From positions 1-64,000 of the forward strand of contig CAWEPK010000001.1 of NCBI GenBank assembly GCA_963810935.1: a stretch of 64,000 nt of DNA. Direction: 5' to 3'. Shown here piece by piece: positions 38,913 to 48,276 of the stretch. Positions within the stretch are counted from its first letter, which is position 1; every line of letters begins with the position of its first letter. The notes beneath the pieces were generated by a model. It was not told the origin of the DNA. It searched no databases and worked only from the letters and a program-made list of their open reading frames with translations. This DNA comes from an uncultured delta proteobacterium (GTDB lineage Bacteria; Desulfobacterota; Syntrophorhabdia; Syntrophorhabdales; WCHB1-27). A program made the translations under genes and the position numbers.

Positions 38913-40270
38913 GTCGTTGCCTCCCAGCTCTCCTCGTAAAGTATCCGCAGGTCTTCGGCCTCCTTCACGAAGAGTCCGTCCTGTTTTATGTTGATCGTGT
39001 TCCAGTTATAGCAGTTCTCGCAAAAGTCGGACCATTCTGCCTTAACCGCGTTGCACTTGACACAATAGAAGGGCAGGTAGACTTGGTTCATGGGAAAGGC
39101 AAGCCCGAATTCCTTGACCGCCTCGGCCAGCTTGCCCCTGTGGATGTAGGCCTCCGCCATGGCCCGATGCAGCCCCCTGAATTCTTTTTCGTCGGCGAGG
39201 AGCGTGGTAAGGATGTCGGTGGCCTCGTCGATCATCTCCAGCTTCAGGCAGAGCCGCGCGTATAGAAACATGAGGAGCTGGTTCTTCGGCGCGACGTCCA
39301 TGAGCCTGCGGTAGATCTTCAGGATGACGCCCGGCTCCCTCTTACCCAGATAGAGGTCTTCCATCTGGCTGAGGAAAATGACGTGGCCCGTTTTTGCAAA
39401 GCCCCTTCCGTACACCCGGCCCGCGTCATTCAGCTTGTTCGTCTTCCTGTATATGGCGCCGGAAAGGATATAAGCGGGGATAAAGCGCTTGAAGTCGCCT
39501 ATAAGCTCCCGCAGGTTCTTGAGCACCTGGTCGTAAAGCCTGGGGTCTTCCCTCAGGAAAAGCTCCTTGGCATTTGCGTATTTCAGCCCGGCCAGTCGCA
39601 GGTCCTCATCGGGGGTCTTTATCTGCTTGCGTATCTTCTCCTGTATCTCCAGCGCCTCCGGCCACGCCTTCCGGCCGATATAGACGTCGCGCAGGGCGCC
39701 CATCGCCTCAAGGCTTCCCTCCCTGACCTTCAGCAGGTCTTTCAGGTCTCGCTCTACCGCGCCCATGTCCTGCTGCGCCCGGTGGACCTGCGCCTTCTTG
39801 AGCATAACGTGCTCGGTCTTGCCGATGTGCGCTTCCGCGAGGTCGAGGATACCCGCGGCCCTTGCCGGCTCGCCCCTTGACGCGTGCATGTCGGCGTAAG
39901 CAAGATACGCCTCCTCCATATCGGGAACGGCCTTGAGAACGCGGTTGAAGTTTTCAACGGCTTTATCGATGTCGCCCTTCATCTCGTAGAGCTTGGCCTT
40001 ATCGAAGAACTCGATGGCCTCGTTCCTTTCCCTGTCTTTTCTCTCTCTGCGCCATTTTGCTATGCCCCGCCTGGCGTCGCCGAAGAAGCTGGCGACTATG
40101 GAAACGATCACGCCCAGCACGAAAGACGCAGCTATGTAATTCGTGACCGTCGTCTCGAACGGCCTGCCGAAGCCGACCTCCAGCCTGACCTTGTCCGAGT
40201 TCAGAAAAGAGAGCATGACGTAGGCAATGAAAAACAAGAGAAAGAAAAGCAGCGAGATTTTATACTTCAT
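38909..40270 (-). CDS. LapA/LapB-like TPR protein with C-terminal rubredoxin-like domain
   Basis: Two N-terminal TM helices, TPR repeats, YCVKC...WSDFCENC. Confidence 0.78.
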   Translation of the reverse strand: MKYKISLLFFLLFFIAYVMLSFLNSDKVRLEVGFGRPFETTVTNYIAASFVLGVIVSIVASFFGDARRGIAKWRRERKDRERNEAIEFFDKAKLYEMKGDIDKAVENFNRVLKAVPDMEEAYLAYADMHASRGEPARAAGILDLAEAHIGKTEHVMLKKAQVHRAQQDMGAVERDLKDLLKVREGSLEAMGALRDVYIGRKAWPEALEIQEKIRKQIKTPDEDLRLAGLKYANAKELFLREDPRLYDQVLKNLRELIGDFKRFIPAYILSGAIYRKTNKLNDAGRVYGRGFAKTGHVIFLSQMEDLYLGKREPGVILKIYRRLMDVAPKNQLLMFLYARLCLKLEMIDEATDILTTLLADEKEFRGLHRAMAEAYIHRGKLAEAVKEFGLAFPMNQVYLPFYCVKCNAVKAEWSDFCENCYNWNTINIKQDGLFVKEAEDLRILYEESWEATT

Positions 40271-40274
40271 CGGC

Positions 40275-41564
40275 TTATATCCCCTTCTCTTCGATCATCC
40301 TCTTGCATGTAATGCAGTAACGGGCAACGGGGTTTGCCTCGAGCCGCTTCTCATTTATGGGCTCGTCGCATTCCTCGCATATCCCGTAAGTGCCGTTCGC
40401 GATTTTGTCCAGCGCTGAATCGATCTCCTTGACCATGTTCCTTTCGTTGTCGGAAAGGCTCATGAGGATATCGGCATTGTACGCGTTGCTTGCCGCATCG
40501 GCCATGTCCTGGATGCCATCGGTGCCGAGCGTATAGGAATACTCCTTCAGCTTCTTGGCCTTATCAAGGATAGCTTCCCTTTGTTTCAATAGTTTTCTCT
40601 TGAAGTACTCGAGCCTCTCCTTGTTCATTAAGACACTCCTGTGCTCATCAATTATGTCGCCGGTCTCCACTATGCGTTCTTCCTTAGGAGGGCCTACGTG
40701 CGTTACTGGTGCAGCAGCCCTGCCGGTCTCCGGGATACGCCTTTCCTCGGGAGCGCTTATCGGTTTTTCCGGTATTGGGGTCCTAACGGTGACCGGCGCC
40801 GGTGCTTGTTTGGCGGCGGCCTTGGGCGCCGCCGGTTTCGCGGCCTCTACAGGCGCCGCCGCGCGTTTTTCCATGACAGGGGCCTTTACGGCCGCCGCCG
40901 GGGGCGCTTTCGGCTTCGCGATGCTTTTCGCCGCGACCGGCTTTGCGGTCTTAACCGACGAAACCGGGTGTTTTTCTTTCGCAGCGATTTTCGGCTTTAC
41001 CGCCTTCGCGGCAACCCTTGCTGTGACTGGTGCGCGCACAGCCTTGGCGCCGGCAGCGCCTTTGCCTGCCTTCGGTTTTGCGGCCTTAACTGCCGAAACC
41101 GGGCGCTTTTCCTTAGGACGGCTTGTCACCGGCGCTTTTTTGGCAGCTTTGCCGGGTACCGCCGGGTGTTTTCCCTTCGCAGCGATTTTCGGCTTTACCG
41201 GCTTCGCGGCCTTGGCCGTCATTGCCTTCCGGGCCGGTTTGGAAGCGCCCTTAGCTTCCTTAGGCTTTGCAGGCTTGACCGCCGGGACCGGACGCTTTTC
41301 TTTAGGACGGTTTTTCACCGGTGCCTTTTTGGCGCCCTTAACGGCGGCGGCCGCCCGCACAGCCCCGGCCTTTGGAGCGCCTTTCGCTGCGACCGGCTTC
41401 ACGGCCCTGGTGGTAACTACCTTCCGGGCCGGTTTGGAAGCGCCCTTAGCTTCCTTAGGCTTTGCAGACTTGACCGCCGGGACCGGGCGCTTTTCCTTCG
41501 CAGGGCTTCTTCGTGCCGTTGCTCTGCCGCCTATTCCACCGTGTGTCGCTTTGCCTCTAGCCAT
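40275..41564 (-). CDS. dksA: DksA/TraR C4 zinc-finger protein with ~310-aa Ala/Lys/Pro-rich N-terminal extension
   Basis: QDMADAA, YGICEECDEPINEKRLEANPVARYCITC; alternative start ATG 40628 with AGGAG SD. Confidence 0.8.
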   Translation of the reverse strand: MARGKATHGGIGGRATARRSPAKEKRPVPAVKSAKPKEAKGASKPARKVVTTRAVKPVAAKGAPKAGAVRAAAAVKGAKKAPVKNRPKEKRPVPAVKPAKPKEAKGASKPARKAMTAKAAKPVKPKIAAKGKHPAVPGKAAKKAPVTSRPKEKRPVSAVKAAKPKAGKGAAGAKAVRAPVTARVAAKAVKPKIAAKEKHPVSSVKTAKPVAAKSIAKPKAPPAAAVKAPVMEKRAAAPVEAAKPAAPKAAAKQAPAPVTVRTPIPEKPISAPEERRIPETGRAAAPVTHVGPPKEERIVETGDIIDEHRSVLMNKERLEYFKRKLLKQREAILDKAKKLKEYSYTLGTDGIQDMADAASNAYNADILMSLSDNERNMVKEIDSALDKIANGTYGICEECDEPINEKRLEANPVARYCITCKRMIEEKGI

Positions 41565-41872
41565 AGGCTCTCCAGGTCGTACATTTCTCGCAGCGATTCG
41601 AGGAAAACGTGGACGATCACGTCTCCATAGTCAATTATGACCCATCGCCCCTCGTCGTAACCTTCCATGGAGGAAGGGCTTACGCCCTTTTCCTTCATGT
41701 CGTGCTCGACCGCCCCCGCTATCGTCTTTACGTGGCGTTCGCTGGCGCCGCTCGCCAGAACGAAAAAGTCTGCGATATCGGTCAGTCCCGAAAGCTCCAG
41801 TACTACAACGTCCCTGGCCTTTTTTTCAGACGCCGCCCTTCCTGCGTGACCTGCCCTTTCGCTCGTTTCCAC
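41531..41872 (-). CDS. rsfS: Ribosome silencing factor
   Basis: DFFVLASG, WVIIDYGDVIVHVF, YDLESLW. Confidence 0.95.
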   Translation of the reverse strand: METSERAGHAGRAASEKKARDVVVLELSGLTDIADFFVLASGASERHVKTIAGAVEHDMKEKGVSPSSMEGYDEGRWVIIDYGDVIVHVFLESLREMYDLESLWLEAKRHTVE

Positions 41873-42498
41873 TATCCTCCGTACAATCCTCTGCTGATAA
41901 TATACCGCTCTACCGTGCTCGGCACCAAATACTTTATCGACTTCCCCTCACGCGCAAGCTCCCTTATCCGGGTGGAAGAGACGTCGAGCTGCGTTATGTC
42001 CAGTAGATAAATGCGCCTGCCCGACGTGTGTTCGTAAGTCGCCTTGCCTGCCTTGCGCACCTGTTTCTTCAGCGCCTCAGGAAAACCCCTGAACACCCTG
42101 CCCGGCCTTACCATTACCACGATCTCCGCGGAAGAGATCAATTCCGCCCAATCCTTCCACCGGCCGATCTCAAGGAAGGCGTCCATACCCATAATGAAGT
42201 ATATCTGCCCGAACCTCCTGGCAAAATACCTGACCGTATCGATAGAGTAAGAGATGCCGCCTCTTTGGATCTCTATCGTGGACGCCCGGAAGAACGTATT
42301 CCCCGCCAGGGACATCTTGAGCATGCGGACCCTGTCCTCGGCGCCCGCACAGTCGGCCGACAGCTTCAGCGGCTGGACCCTGGCCGGCACGAAATATACC
42401 TTGTCCAGGGAGAAGGTCTCCCGCACCTCTTCGGCGACCCTGAGATGGCCGATATGCACCGGGTCGAAAGTCCCCCCAAATACCCCTATTGCCACCAA
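41872..42498 (-). CDS. nadD: Nicotinate-nucleotide adenylyltransferase
   Basis: FGGTFDPVHIGH, SYSIDT, VSSTRIR. Confidence 0.96.
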   Translation of the reverse strand: MVAIGVFGGTFDPVHIGHLRVAEEVRETFSLDKVYFVPARVQPLKLSADCAGAEDRVRMLKMSLAGNTFFRASTIEIQRGGISYSIDTVRYFARRFGQIYFIMGMDAFLEIGRWKDWAELISSAEIVVMVRPGRVFRGFPEALKKQVRKAGKATYEHTSGRRIYLLDITQLDVSSTRIRELAREGKSIKYLVPSTVERYIISRGLYGG

Positions 42499-42527
42499 CC
42501 CACCTTAAAACCCCATTACGCTGCTAT

Positions 42528-43772
42528 TCAACTCCTCTGCTGTCCGTCTCCAAAAGCGATGAATTTGGTTACCGTAAGCTCTTCGAGCCCCATGGGGCCG
42601 AAGGCGTGGAGCTTCGTCGTGCTTATGCCCATCTCCGCGCCCAACCCGAGCTGAAACCCATCGTTCAGCCGCGTGGACGCATTCACCAGGACGAGCGAGG
42701 AGTTCACCTCCCTCACGAACCTCCAGGCGTTAGTATAGTCACTCGTGATAATGGCGTCCGTATGGTGAGAGCCGTATCTCCTTATGTGGTCCATCGCCTC
42801 GTCCATGCTTGCGACGACTTTCACCGAGAGGACCAGATCGAGATACTCCTCACTCCAGTCCTGTTCGGTCGCCGTGGCGGCGCCGGGCACGATCTGCCTT
42901 GTCTTCGCGCACCCCTTTACGGTGACGCCCGCGCCTGCGAAAGCGCGCAGCATGACGGGCAGAAAGCGCGGTGCTATGGCCTGGTGCACGAGCAGCGTCT
43001 CCATGGCGTTGCAGGTGGCCGGTTTCTGGACCTTGGCATTTAGGCAGACGGCAACGGCCATATCCGCATCGGCGCTCTCGTCCACGTACGTCGCGCAGAC
43101 ACCCTTGTAGTGCTTGAGGACCGGTACCCGGGAATGCTCGGCGACGCTCCGTATAAGCGCCTCTCCCCCGCGCGGGATAACAAGGTCAATATAATCATCT
43201 AGCTTAAGCAGCTCATAAAGGTAATCCCTGTCGCCCGTCTCGATGAGCTGGGCGACGCCTTCCGGCACGCCGCAGCGCGCGAGCGCCTCCCCGATAAGGG
43301 CGAAGAGCGCCAGATTGGAGTGAATTGCCTCGCTGCCGCCCTTCAGGATCACTGCATTACCGCTCTTGAGGCAGAGGGCGAAGGCATCGACCGTCACATT
43401 CGGCCTGGATTCGTAAATAATGGCGATGACCCCTATCGGTATGCGCATCCTGCCGACGAGCAGGCCGCTCGGCCGCCTCCACGTCCGGACGATTTCCCCG
43501 ACAGGGTCCGTCAGGCCGGCCACGTCCCGCAGGCCGGCCGCCATCTCGTCCACGGTTTTCGCGTCCACCAGGAGTCTCTCTATGAGGCTGGCCGCCAGCC
43601 CTTCGCCTTTTGCCTTCCCGACGTCCTTCGCGTTCTCGGCGATTATGTAATCGCGCCTTGCTATCAGCAGCTCGGCCAGCGTCGAGAGGACGAGGTCTTT
43701 CGTCTCTGTCGAGAGGCGGGCGGCTGCGCCCGCTGCCTCACGGGCCCTTGCAGCCATCTCCACGGCCTTCAT
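42528..43772 (-). CDS. proA: Gamma-glutamyl phosphate reductase
   Basis: IYESRPNVT, IPRGGEAL, TCNAMETLL, STTKLHAFGPMG. Confidence 0.97.
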   Translation of the reverse strand: MKAVEMAARAREAAGAAARLSTETKDLVLSTLAELLIARRDYIIAENAKDVGKAKGEGLAASLIERLLVDAKTVDEMAAGLRDVAGLTDPVGEIVRTWRRPSGLLVGRMRIPIGVIAIIYESRPNVTVDAFALCLKSGNAVILKGGSEAIHSNLALFALIGEALARCGVPEGVAQLIETGDRDYLYELLKLDDYIDLVIPRGGEALIRSVAEHSRVPVLKHYKGVCATYVDESADADMAVAVCLNAKVQKPATCNAMETLLVHQAIAPRFLPVMLRAFAGAGVTVKGCAKTRQIVPGAATATEQDWSEEYLDLVLSVKVVASMDEAMDHIRRYGSHHTDAIITSDYTNAWRFVREVNSSLVLVNASTRLNDGFQLGLGAEMGISTTKLHAFGPMGLEELTVTKFIAFGDGQQRS

Positions 43773-44881
43773 AGGATCACCATATTGTCTCTGTGGATCA
43801 CTTCTGCCGTATATTTATAGCCGAGCTTCTTTTCTATCTCAATACTTTTCGACCCCTTTATTCTGTCGATATCGGCTGACGAGTAGTTGGCTATTCCCCT
43901 CGCTATGATGCGGGAATCGCCGTCCATTACCTCAACGCACTCGCCCCTCGAAAACGCGCCTTCAACGACGAGGATGCCCGAAGGCAGGAGACTTTTCCCG
44001 CTCTCGACGAGCGCTTTCTGGGCGCCGCGATCTATGGCAAGCTTCCCCTTCGGCTTGAAGGCGAAGGCTATCCAACACTCTTTTCTGCTCATGCGCTTGG
44101 CTGCGGCGAAGAGGGTGCCAACCTTGTCTCCGGCTACCGCCTTAAGCACCACATCCTTCAGGCTTCCGCTCACGAGTCTCGTGGGGATGCCGTAATCCGC
44201 GGCCTTCTTCGCCGCTTCCAGCTTGCTCTTCATGCCGCCCACGCTCTTTTCGCTGTTCGTCCCCTGCGCGTATGCCTCGACTCGCTCGTCGATGTGCCGG
44301 ACGGTCTTGATGATGCGCGCGTCCGGGTGGTGCTTCGGGTCCTTCTCGTAGAGGCCTTCGACGTCCGAAAGGAGCACGAGCAGGTCGGCGCTCGTGATCT
44401 GGGCGATGAGGGCGGAGAGGTTGTCGTTGTCCCCGAACATTATCTCCTCGAAGGAAAGGGTGTCATTCTCGTTGATTATGGGCACCACTCCCATGTCGAG
44501 GAGCGCATCGATCGTGTTGAGCAGATTGATGCAGCGCTCGTTCGACTGCGTGTCCTCGTGGGTGAGGAGTATCTGGCTGGTGCTGAGACCGGCCTCCGAG
44601 AAGGCGTCCATGTACATCGCCATGAGCGCGACCTGACCGACGGACGCGAGGGCCTGCTTCCTGGCAATCTCCTTAGGCTTCCGTTTCAGGCCCATCGTCT
44701 CCATGCCGCATGCCACCGCCCCGCTGGATACAAGGATAACGTCGACGGAGCGTTCGCGCACGGCCTTTATCTGTCGCGCGAAATCGAGCATCCTCGTGCG
44801 GCTTACCCTCTTTTTTTCGTCGAGCAGGACGGACGTGCCTATTTTAAGGACCATCCTGCGGACATCAGACATGCACTTCAC
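43769..44881 (-). CDS. proB: Glutamate 5-kinase with PUA domain
   Basis: VLKIGTS, VSSGAV, INENDT, FGDNDNLSA, GGMKSKL. Confidence 0.96.
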   Translation of the reverse strand: MKCMSDVRRMVLKIGTSVLLDEKKRVSRTRMLDFARQIKAVRERSVDVILVSSGAVACGMETMGLKRKPKEIARKQALASVGQVALMAMYMDAFSEAGLSTSQILLTHEDTQSNERCINLLNTIDALLDMGVVPIINENDTLSFEEIMFGDNDNLSALIAQITSADLLVLLSDVEGLYEKDPKHHPDARIIKTVRHIDERVEAYAQGTNSEKSVGGMKSKLEAAKKAADYGIPTRLVSGSLKDVVLKAVAGDKVGTLFAAAKRMSRKECWIAFAFKPKGKLAIDRGAQKALVESGKSLLPSGILVVEGAFSRGECVEVMDGDSRIIARGIANYSSADIDRIKGSKSIEIEKKLGYKYTAEVIHRDNMVIL

Positions 44882-45839
44882 CTATACGTTCCTTCAGGCC
44901 CGCAATGCCCTCGCCGGTCGCGGCGCTCACCGCGAAGACGGCCTCTCCCGCTGCCTGCAGCGAGGCGAGCCTTCCGGCCAGGGCGTCAGGGCTTATGAGG
45001 TCTATCTTATTCAGCACTATAAATCGCTGTTTTGCGGCTGTCCCTCTGTCGTAAAGGGTAAGCTCGTTCAGAAGCGTCGTATAATCCGCCATTACATCGG
45101 AATCCGCATCAATGACCCAGAGCAGCATGCGCGTCCTCTCGATGTGGCGCAGAAAAGTTAGCCCCAGGCCCTTGCCGCGCGAGGCCCCTTCAATGATGCC
45201 GGGGATGTCCGCCAGGACCAGCCGCTCATCGTTTTCTTCGAAGACGCCCAAGGAGGGAGTCAGCGTCGTGAAAGGGTAATCCCCGACCTCGGGCCTTGCG
45301 CCCGTGAGGCGCGAAAGGAGCGTCGATTTGCCGGCGTTCGGCAGGCCGATTATGCCTATGGCGGCAAGGAGCTTAAGCTCCAGCCTGAGGTTGCGCTCCT
45401 CTCCTTTGTCGCCCGTGTCGAATTTGACGGGCGCGCGGTTGACAGGGCTCGCGAAGCGGGCGTTGCCCCTGCCTCCACGGCCGCCCTTTGCAGCCGCCCA
45501 GGTCTGCCCCTCGCCCGTGATGTCGGCCAGGAGCGCACCCGTCTCGTCGTTTACCTGCGTTCCGAGAGGGACGTATATGGAGAGGTTGGCGCCGTTGCGG
45601 CCGTGCCTGTTATTTGCGCCGCCGCCTTTGCCGCTTTCCGCCCTGTAGTTTCTCTTGTATCTGAAATCGAGAAGACTTATGAGACGAACCGTGCCGACGA
45701 TGAGGACATCGCCCCCTTTTCCGCCGTCGCCCCCGTCAGGACCGCCTCTCGGCACGAATTTCTCTCTTCTGAAACTTACGCTCCCTCGTCCGCCATCCCC
45801 CGCTTTTACGTATAGAGACGCCTCATCGACGAATTTCAT
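44865..45839 (-). CDS. obgE: GTPase ObgE/CgtA
   Basis: [36 protein letters not shown]. Confidence 0.97.
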   Translation of the reverse strand: MKFVDEASLYVKAGDGGRGSVSFRREKFVPRGGPDGGDGGKGGDVLIVGTVRLISLLDFRYKRNYRAESGKGGGANNRHGRNGANLSIYVPLGTQVNDETGALLADITGEGQTWAAAKGGRGGRGNARFASPVNRAPVKFDTGDKGEERNLRLELKLLAAIGIIGLPNAGKSTLLSRLTGARPEVGDYPFTTLTPSLGVFEENDERLVLADIPGIIEGASRGKGLGLTFLRHIERTRMLLWVIDADSDVMADYTTLLNELTLYDRGTAAKQRFIVLNKIDLISPDALAGRLASLQAAGEAVFAVSAATGEGIAGLKERIGEVHV

Positions 45840-46090
45840 TCAACAGGATAGACGCTCACCTTCTTCTTTTCCCGTGCCGTCTCGAACGTTACGATGCCCT
45901 GCACGAGCGCGAAAAGGGTATTGTCCCTGCCCATACCGACGTTTGTACCCGGATGTATCTTCGTCCCGTGCTGCCGTACTATGATGCTGCCTGCCTTTGC
46001 GAGAGAGCCGCCAAAAACCTTCACGCCCAGCCTCTGGCCGCTTGAGTCCCTACCGTTTCTTGAGCTTCCTCCGGCTTTTTTGTGTGCCAT
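45836..46090 (-). CDS. rpmA: 50S ribosomal protein L27
   Basis: [16 protein letters not shown]. Confidence 0.98.
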   Translation of the reverse strand: MAHKKAGGSSRNGRDSSGQRLGVKVFGGSLAKAGSIIVRQHGTKIHPGTNVGMGRDNTLFALVQGIVTFETAREKKKVSVYPVE

Positions 46091-46091
46091 G

Positions 46092-46409
46092 TTATGCCTC
46101 CACCTCTATCTTTTCTACGAGCAGCTCGGTATACGACTGGCGGTGGCCCTTTTTCTTCTTGGTGTCTTTTCTGCGCTTGTACTTGAAAACCGTGACTTTC
46201 CTGGCCTTGCCCTGAGCCACTATCTTACCGCTAACCGAGGCGCCCTGGATATAAGGGGCGCCGACCAGCAGGCGCTCGCCGTCCTCTATCGCAAGCACCT
46301 GTCCGAGCGAAACCAGGTCATCCGTGTTGCCCGGGAGCTTCTCGAGCCTTACTTTTTGACCCTGCGTTATCCGGTACTGTTTGCCGCCGTTTTCTATAAT
46401 TGCATACAT
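46092..46409 (-). CDS. rplU: 50S ribosomal protein L21
   Basis: [12 protein letters not shown]...KGHRQSYT; start at ATG 46409. Confidence 0.97.
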   Translation of the reverse strand: MYAIIENGGKQYRITQGQKVRLEKLPGNTDDLVSLGQVLAIEDGERLLVGAPYIQGASVSGKIVAQGKARKVTVFKYKRRKDTKKKKGHRQSYTELLVEKIEVEA

Positions 46410-46446
46410 GACGATCTCCCGATTGAAGGAAAAAATTTGAACTAGT

Positions 46447-46475
46447 ATAGTAGCCATTTTTGCCCGGAAAGTCAA
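46447..46475 (-). promoter_or_regulatory. sigma70-type promoter of the rplU operon
   Basis: TTGACT, 17-nt spacer, TACTAT. Confidence 0.6.
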
Positions 46476-46509
46476 CAAACTTGTCGTAATGATCGGGGTT
46501 CGCAATCCT

Positions 46510-46600
46510 TGGGGTTCGGCACTCTCTCCACGGGCATCAGCCCGCCGGGGCACCCGCTTTGCGGGTCGTCCTCGCTCGGCGCTGCGTATCCGCTCGTTTT
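46510..46600. repeat. REP-like palindromic dispersed repeat
   Basis: CTCCACGGGCATCAGCCCGCCGGGGCACCCGCTTTGCGGGTCGTCCTCGCTCGGCGCT closely matches 50177-50235. Confidence 0.8.
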
Positions 46601-46837
46601 ATTACTGCCAGTGCTGAGCGTCCCCGCTACGCCAAGGGCCTGCTCCCGCCTTTTCCTCATTGCGGCCATGTGCGCATTATGATGTTATACTCAATATTAC
46701 AAAAGTCACCCGTTATAATTAAAGATTTGCCGTCGAACGGGTGAATTCTCCTCGGGGTAGGTGTGCTCCCATAATGGCCAAATACCGGCCTTGTTCCTTA
46801 ATAAAGTCCGTTTCTTAAATATTTTTAAAGAAAGTTC

Positions 46838-46866
46838 TTGACATGATGTATAACAACGTATATTCT
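46838..46866 (+). promoter_or_regulatory. sigma70-type promoter upstream of the riboswitch
   Basis: TTGACA, 17-nt spacer, TATTCT. Confidence 0.65.
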
Positions 46867-46883
46867 TTAGTGTCAGACAGCGT

Positions 46884-46964
46884 TATACTGCTCATGCCAA
46901 ACCATCTGCGAAGGTGGGACGGAAAGCCAAGGGTCTTCTACAAGACAGCCTGGTTGCCAGTTAT
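46884..46964 (+). ncRNA. Cyclic di-GMP-I (GEMM-I) riboswitch
   Basis: GCCAAACCATCT-GCGA-AGGTGGGACGGAAAGCC-AAGGGTCT..AGACAGCCTGGTTGCC matches the GEMM consensus; P1 ACUG/CAGU; position-20 equivalent (46896) is G. Confidence 0.88.
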
Positions 46965-46985
46965 TAAAAAGAAAGGAGGCATTTT

Positions 46986-47693
46986 ATGCATAAGATGCCG
47001 AAGGCACGAATCTGGATAAGGGCTGTAACAAGATCGGCGCTGATCATGGCCGTGATCTGCTCTTTGTGGCTTGGCGCCGCAGGGGCCGCGCGGGCTGACT
47101 TTACCTTGAAGCTCACCGGGCTGCCGAGCACGACGTACAACGGGACTTATGTAGGTTTCTCCACAGTGACGGTGAACGGGGCGCCTATGAGCCTAATCTG
47201 TGATGACTACACAACAACCGTAAGTCTGAACAGCACCTGGAGCGCGGTGGCTGTCTCAGGTACGCAGGTTGCCTCGATGAAGTTCGCAAACCCCAGCGGG
47301 ACGCCTAAGTGGGGCAACGGCGCGACCACGGCGACGCAGGCGTACCAGGAGGTATTCTGGCTCACCAGCCAGTTGGCCAGTCAGAGCAATTCAAATGTCA
47401 TAGCGGCCATCCAGTATGCCATGTGGACGATTCTCGATCCCGCCACGACGGGCGCTCCGGCACTCGGTGGAAACAGCTCCACAAGTACTTGGCTGACCCT
47501 GGCCGGACAGAGCTCCAACTACGGCAGCGTAAACATGGCGAACTACGAGGTCTATGTACCGGACCCGCTCACTTCCTCACAGGAATTCATCGGCATAAAC
47601 CCGGTCCCTGTCCCTCCGTCGATGATATTGATGGGCACGGGGCTCCTGGGTATTGCCGGCCTGCGGAAGAGGCTCAAATGGCGGCGGGGCTAA
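46986..47693 (+). CDS. PEP-CTERM-type exosortase-targeted surface protein, possible thioester domain
   Basis: Signal peptide ending ARA; Thr/Ser/Gly-rich; C-terminal PVPVPPS + TM + RKRLKWRR; SD AAAGGAGG. Confidence 0.85.
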   Translation: MHKMPKARIWIRAVTRSALIMAVICSLWLGAAGAARADFTLKLTGLPSTTYNGTYVGFSTVTVNGAPMSLICDDYTTTVSLNSTWSAVAVSGTQVASMKFANPSGTPKWGNGATTATQAYQEVFWLTSQLASQSNSNVIAAIQYAMWTILDPATTGAPALGGNSSTSTWLTLAGQSSNYGSVNMANYEVYVPDPLTSSQEFIGINPVPVPPSMILMGTGLLGIAGLRKRLKWRRG

Positions 47694-47808
47694 GCCGCTG
47701 GAGGCTTGGGGGGTTTTGAAAGTCTCCCGTGTCGGGAAGCAAGCGTAATGCTTCGAAGGCGGCCGTGGAAATGAAGCGAGCCGTCCGGGCCATACGGGGA
47801 GCCACGCC

Positions 47809-48276
47809 ATGAAAGACTCGGTGATATGTTTCAGAATCAACAGCGAGTTAAAGGCTGCGCTTGAAAGGATCTCCACGAGCGAAAGAAGGTCTCTCTCGGG
47901 CGCAATAGAGAAGATACTCTACGATCACATCGAAGAGGCGGGGAAAATGGCCGCCTGGGACGAAAAACGGCAGCACGCCCGGCGGTCCGTCTCAGTACCC
48001 GCCCTCGTGCAGACGGCAGGCGGCGCTTTCGCCGGAACCGTCCGCGACATCTCTTTGGGGGGTATAGGGATCTCGGCGGGGCCGGGCTTCAAGCGTCCCC
48101 TGCACGAGAAATCAAAGATGTCCGTCGTATTCACACTGCCTGAAACGAGCAGCCCGCTGCTCATACAGTGCGAGCCGCGCCATTTCAGCGGCGATAAGAA
48201 GCCGTTTATAGGCGCGTCGTTTGCCCAAGGCGGCCACCAGGGTTATGCGGCGCTGGAAACTTACCTCATGCAATGA
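47809..48276 (+). CDS. Ribbon-helix-helix + PilZ domain protein
   Basis: N-terminal ICFRINSELKAALERISTSERRSLSGAIEKIL; PilZ motifs RQHAR (RxxxR) and DISLGG (DxSxxG). Confidence 0.82.
   Translation: MKDSVICFRINSELKAALERISTSERRSLSGAIEKILYDHIEEAGKMAAWDEKRQHARRSVSVPALVQTAGGAFAGTVRDISLGGIGISAGPGFKRPLHEKSKMSVVFTLPETSSPLLIQCEPRHFSGDKKPFIGASFAQGGHQGYAALETYLMQ

Noticed and set aside
40555..41640. 361-aa Ala/Phe/Gly-rich plus-strand ORF
   Set aside because: It is the antisense mirror of the low-complexity Lys/Ala/Pro region of the dksA frame.
46884..46964. 3',3'-cGAMP-specific (GEMM-Ib) riboswitch
   Set aside because: The discriminator position equivalent to nt 20 is G, not A, so c-di-GMP is the better call pending binding tests.
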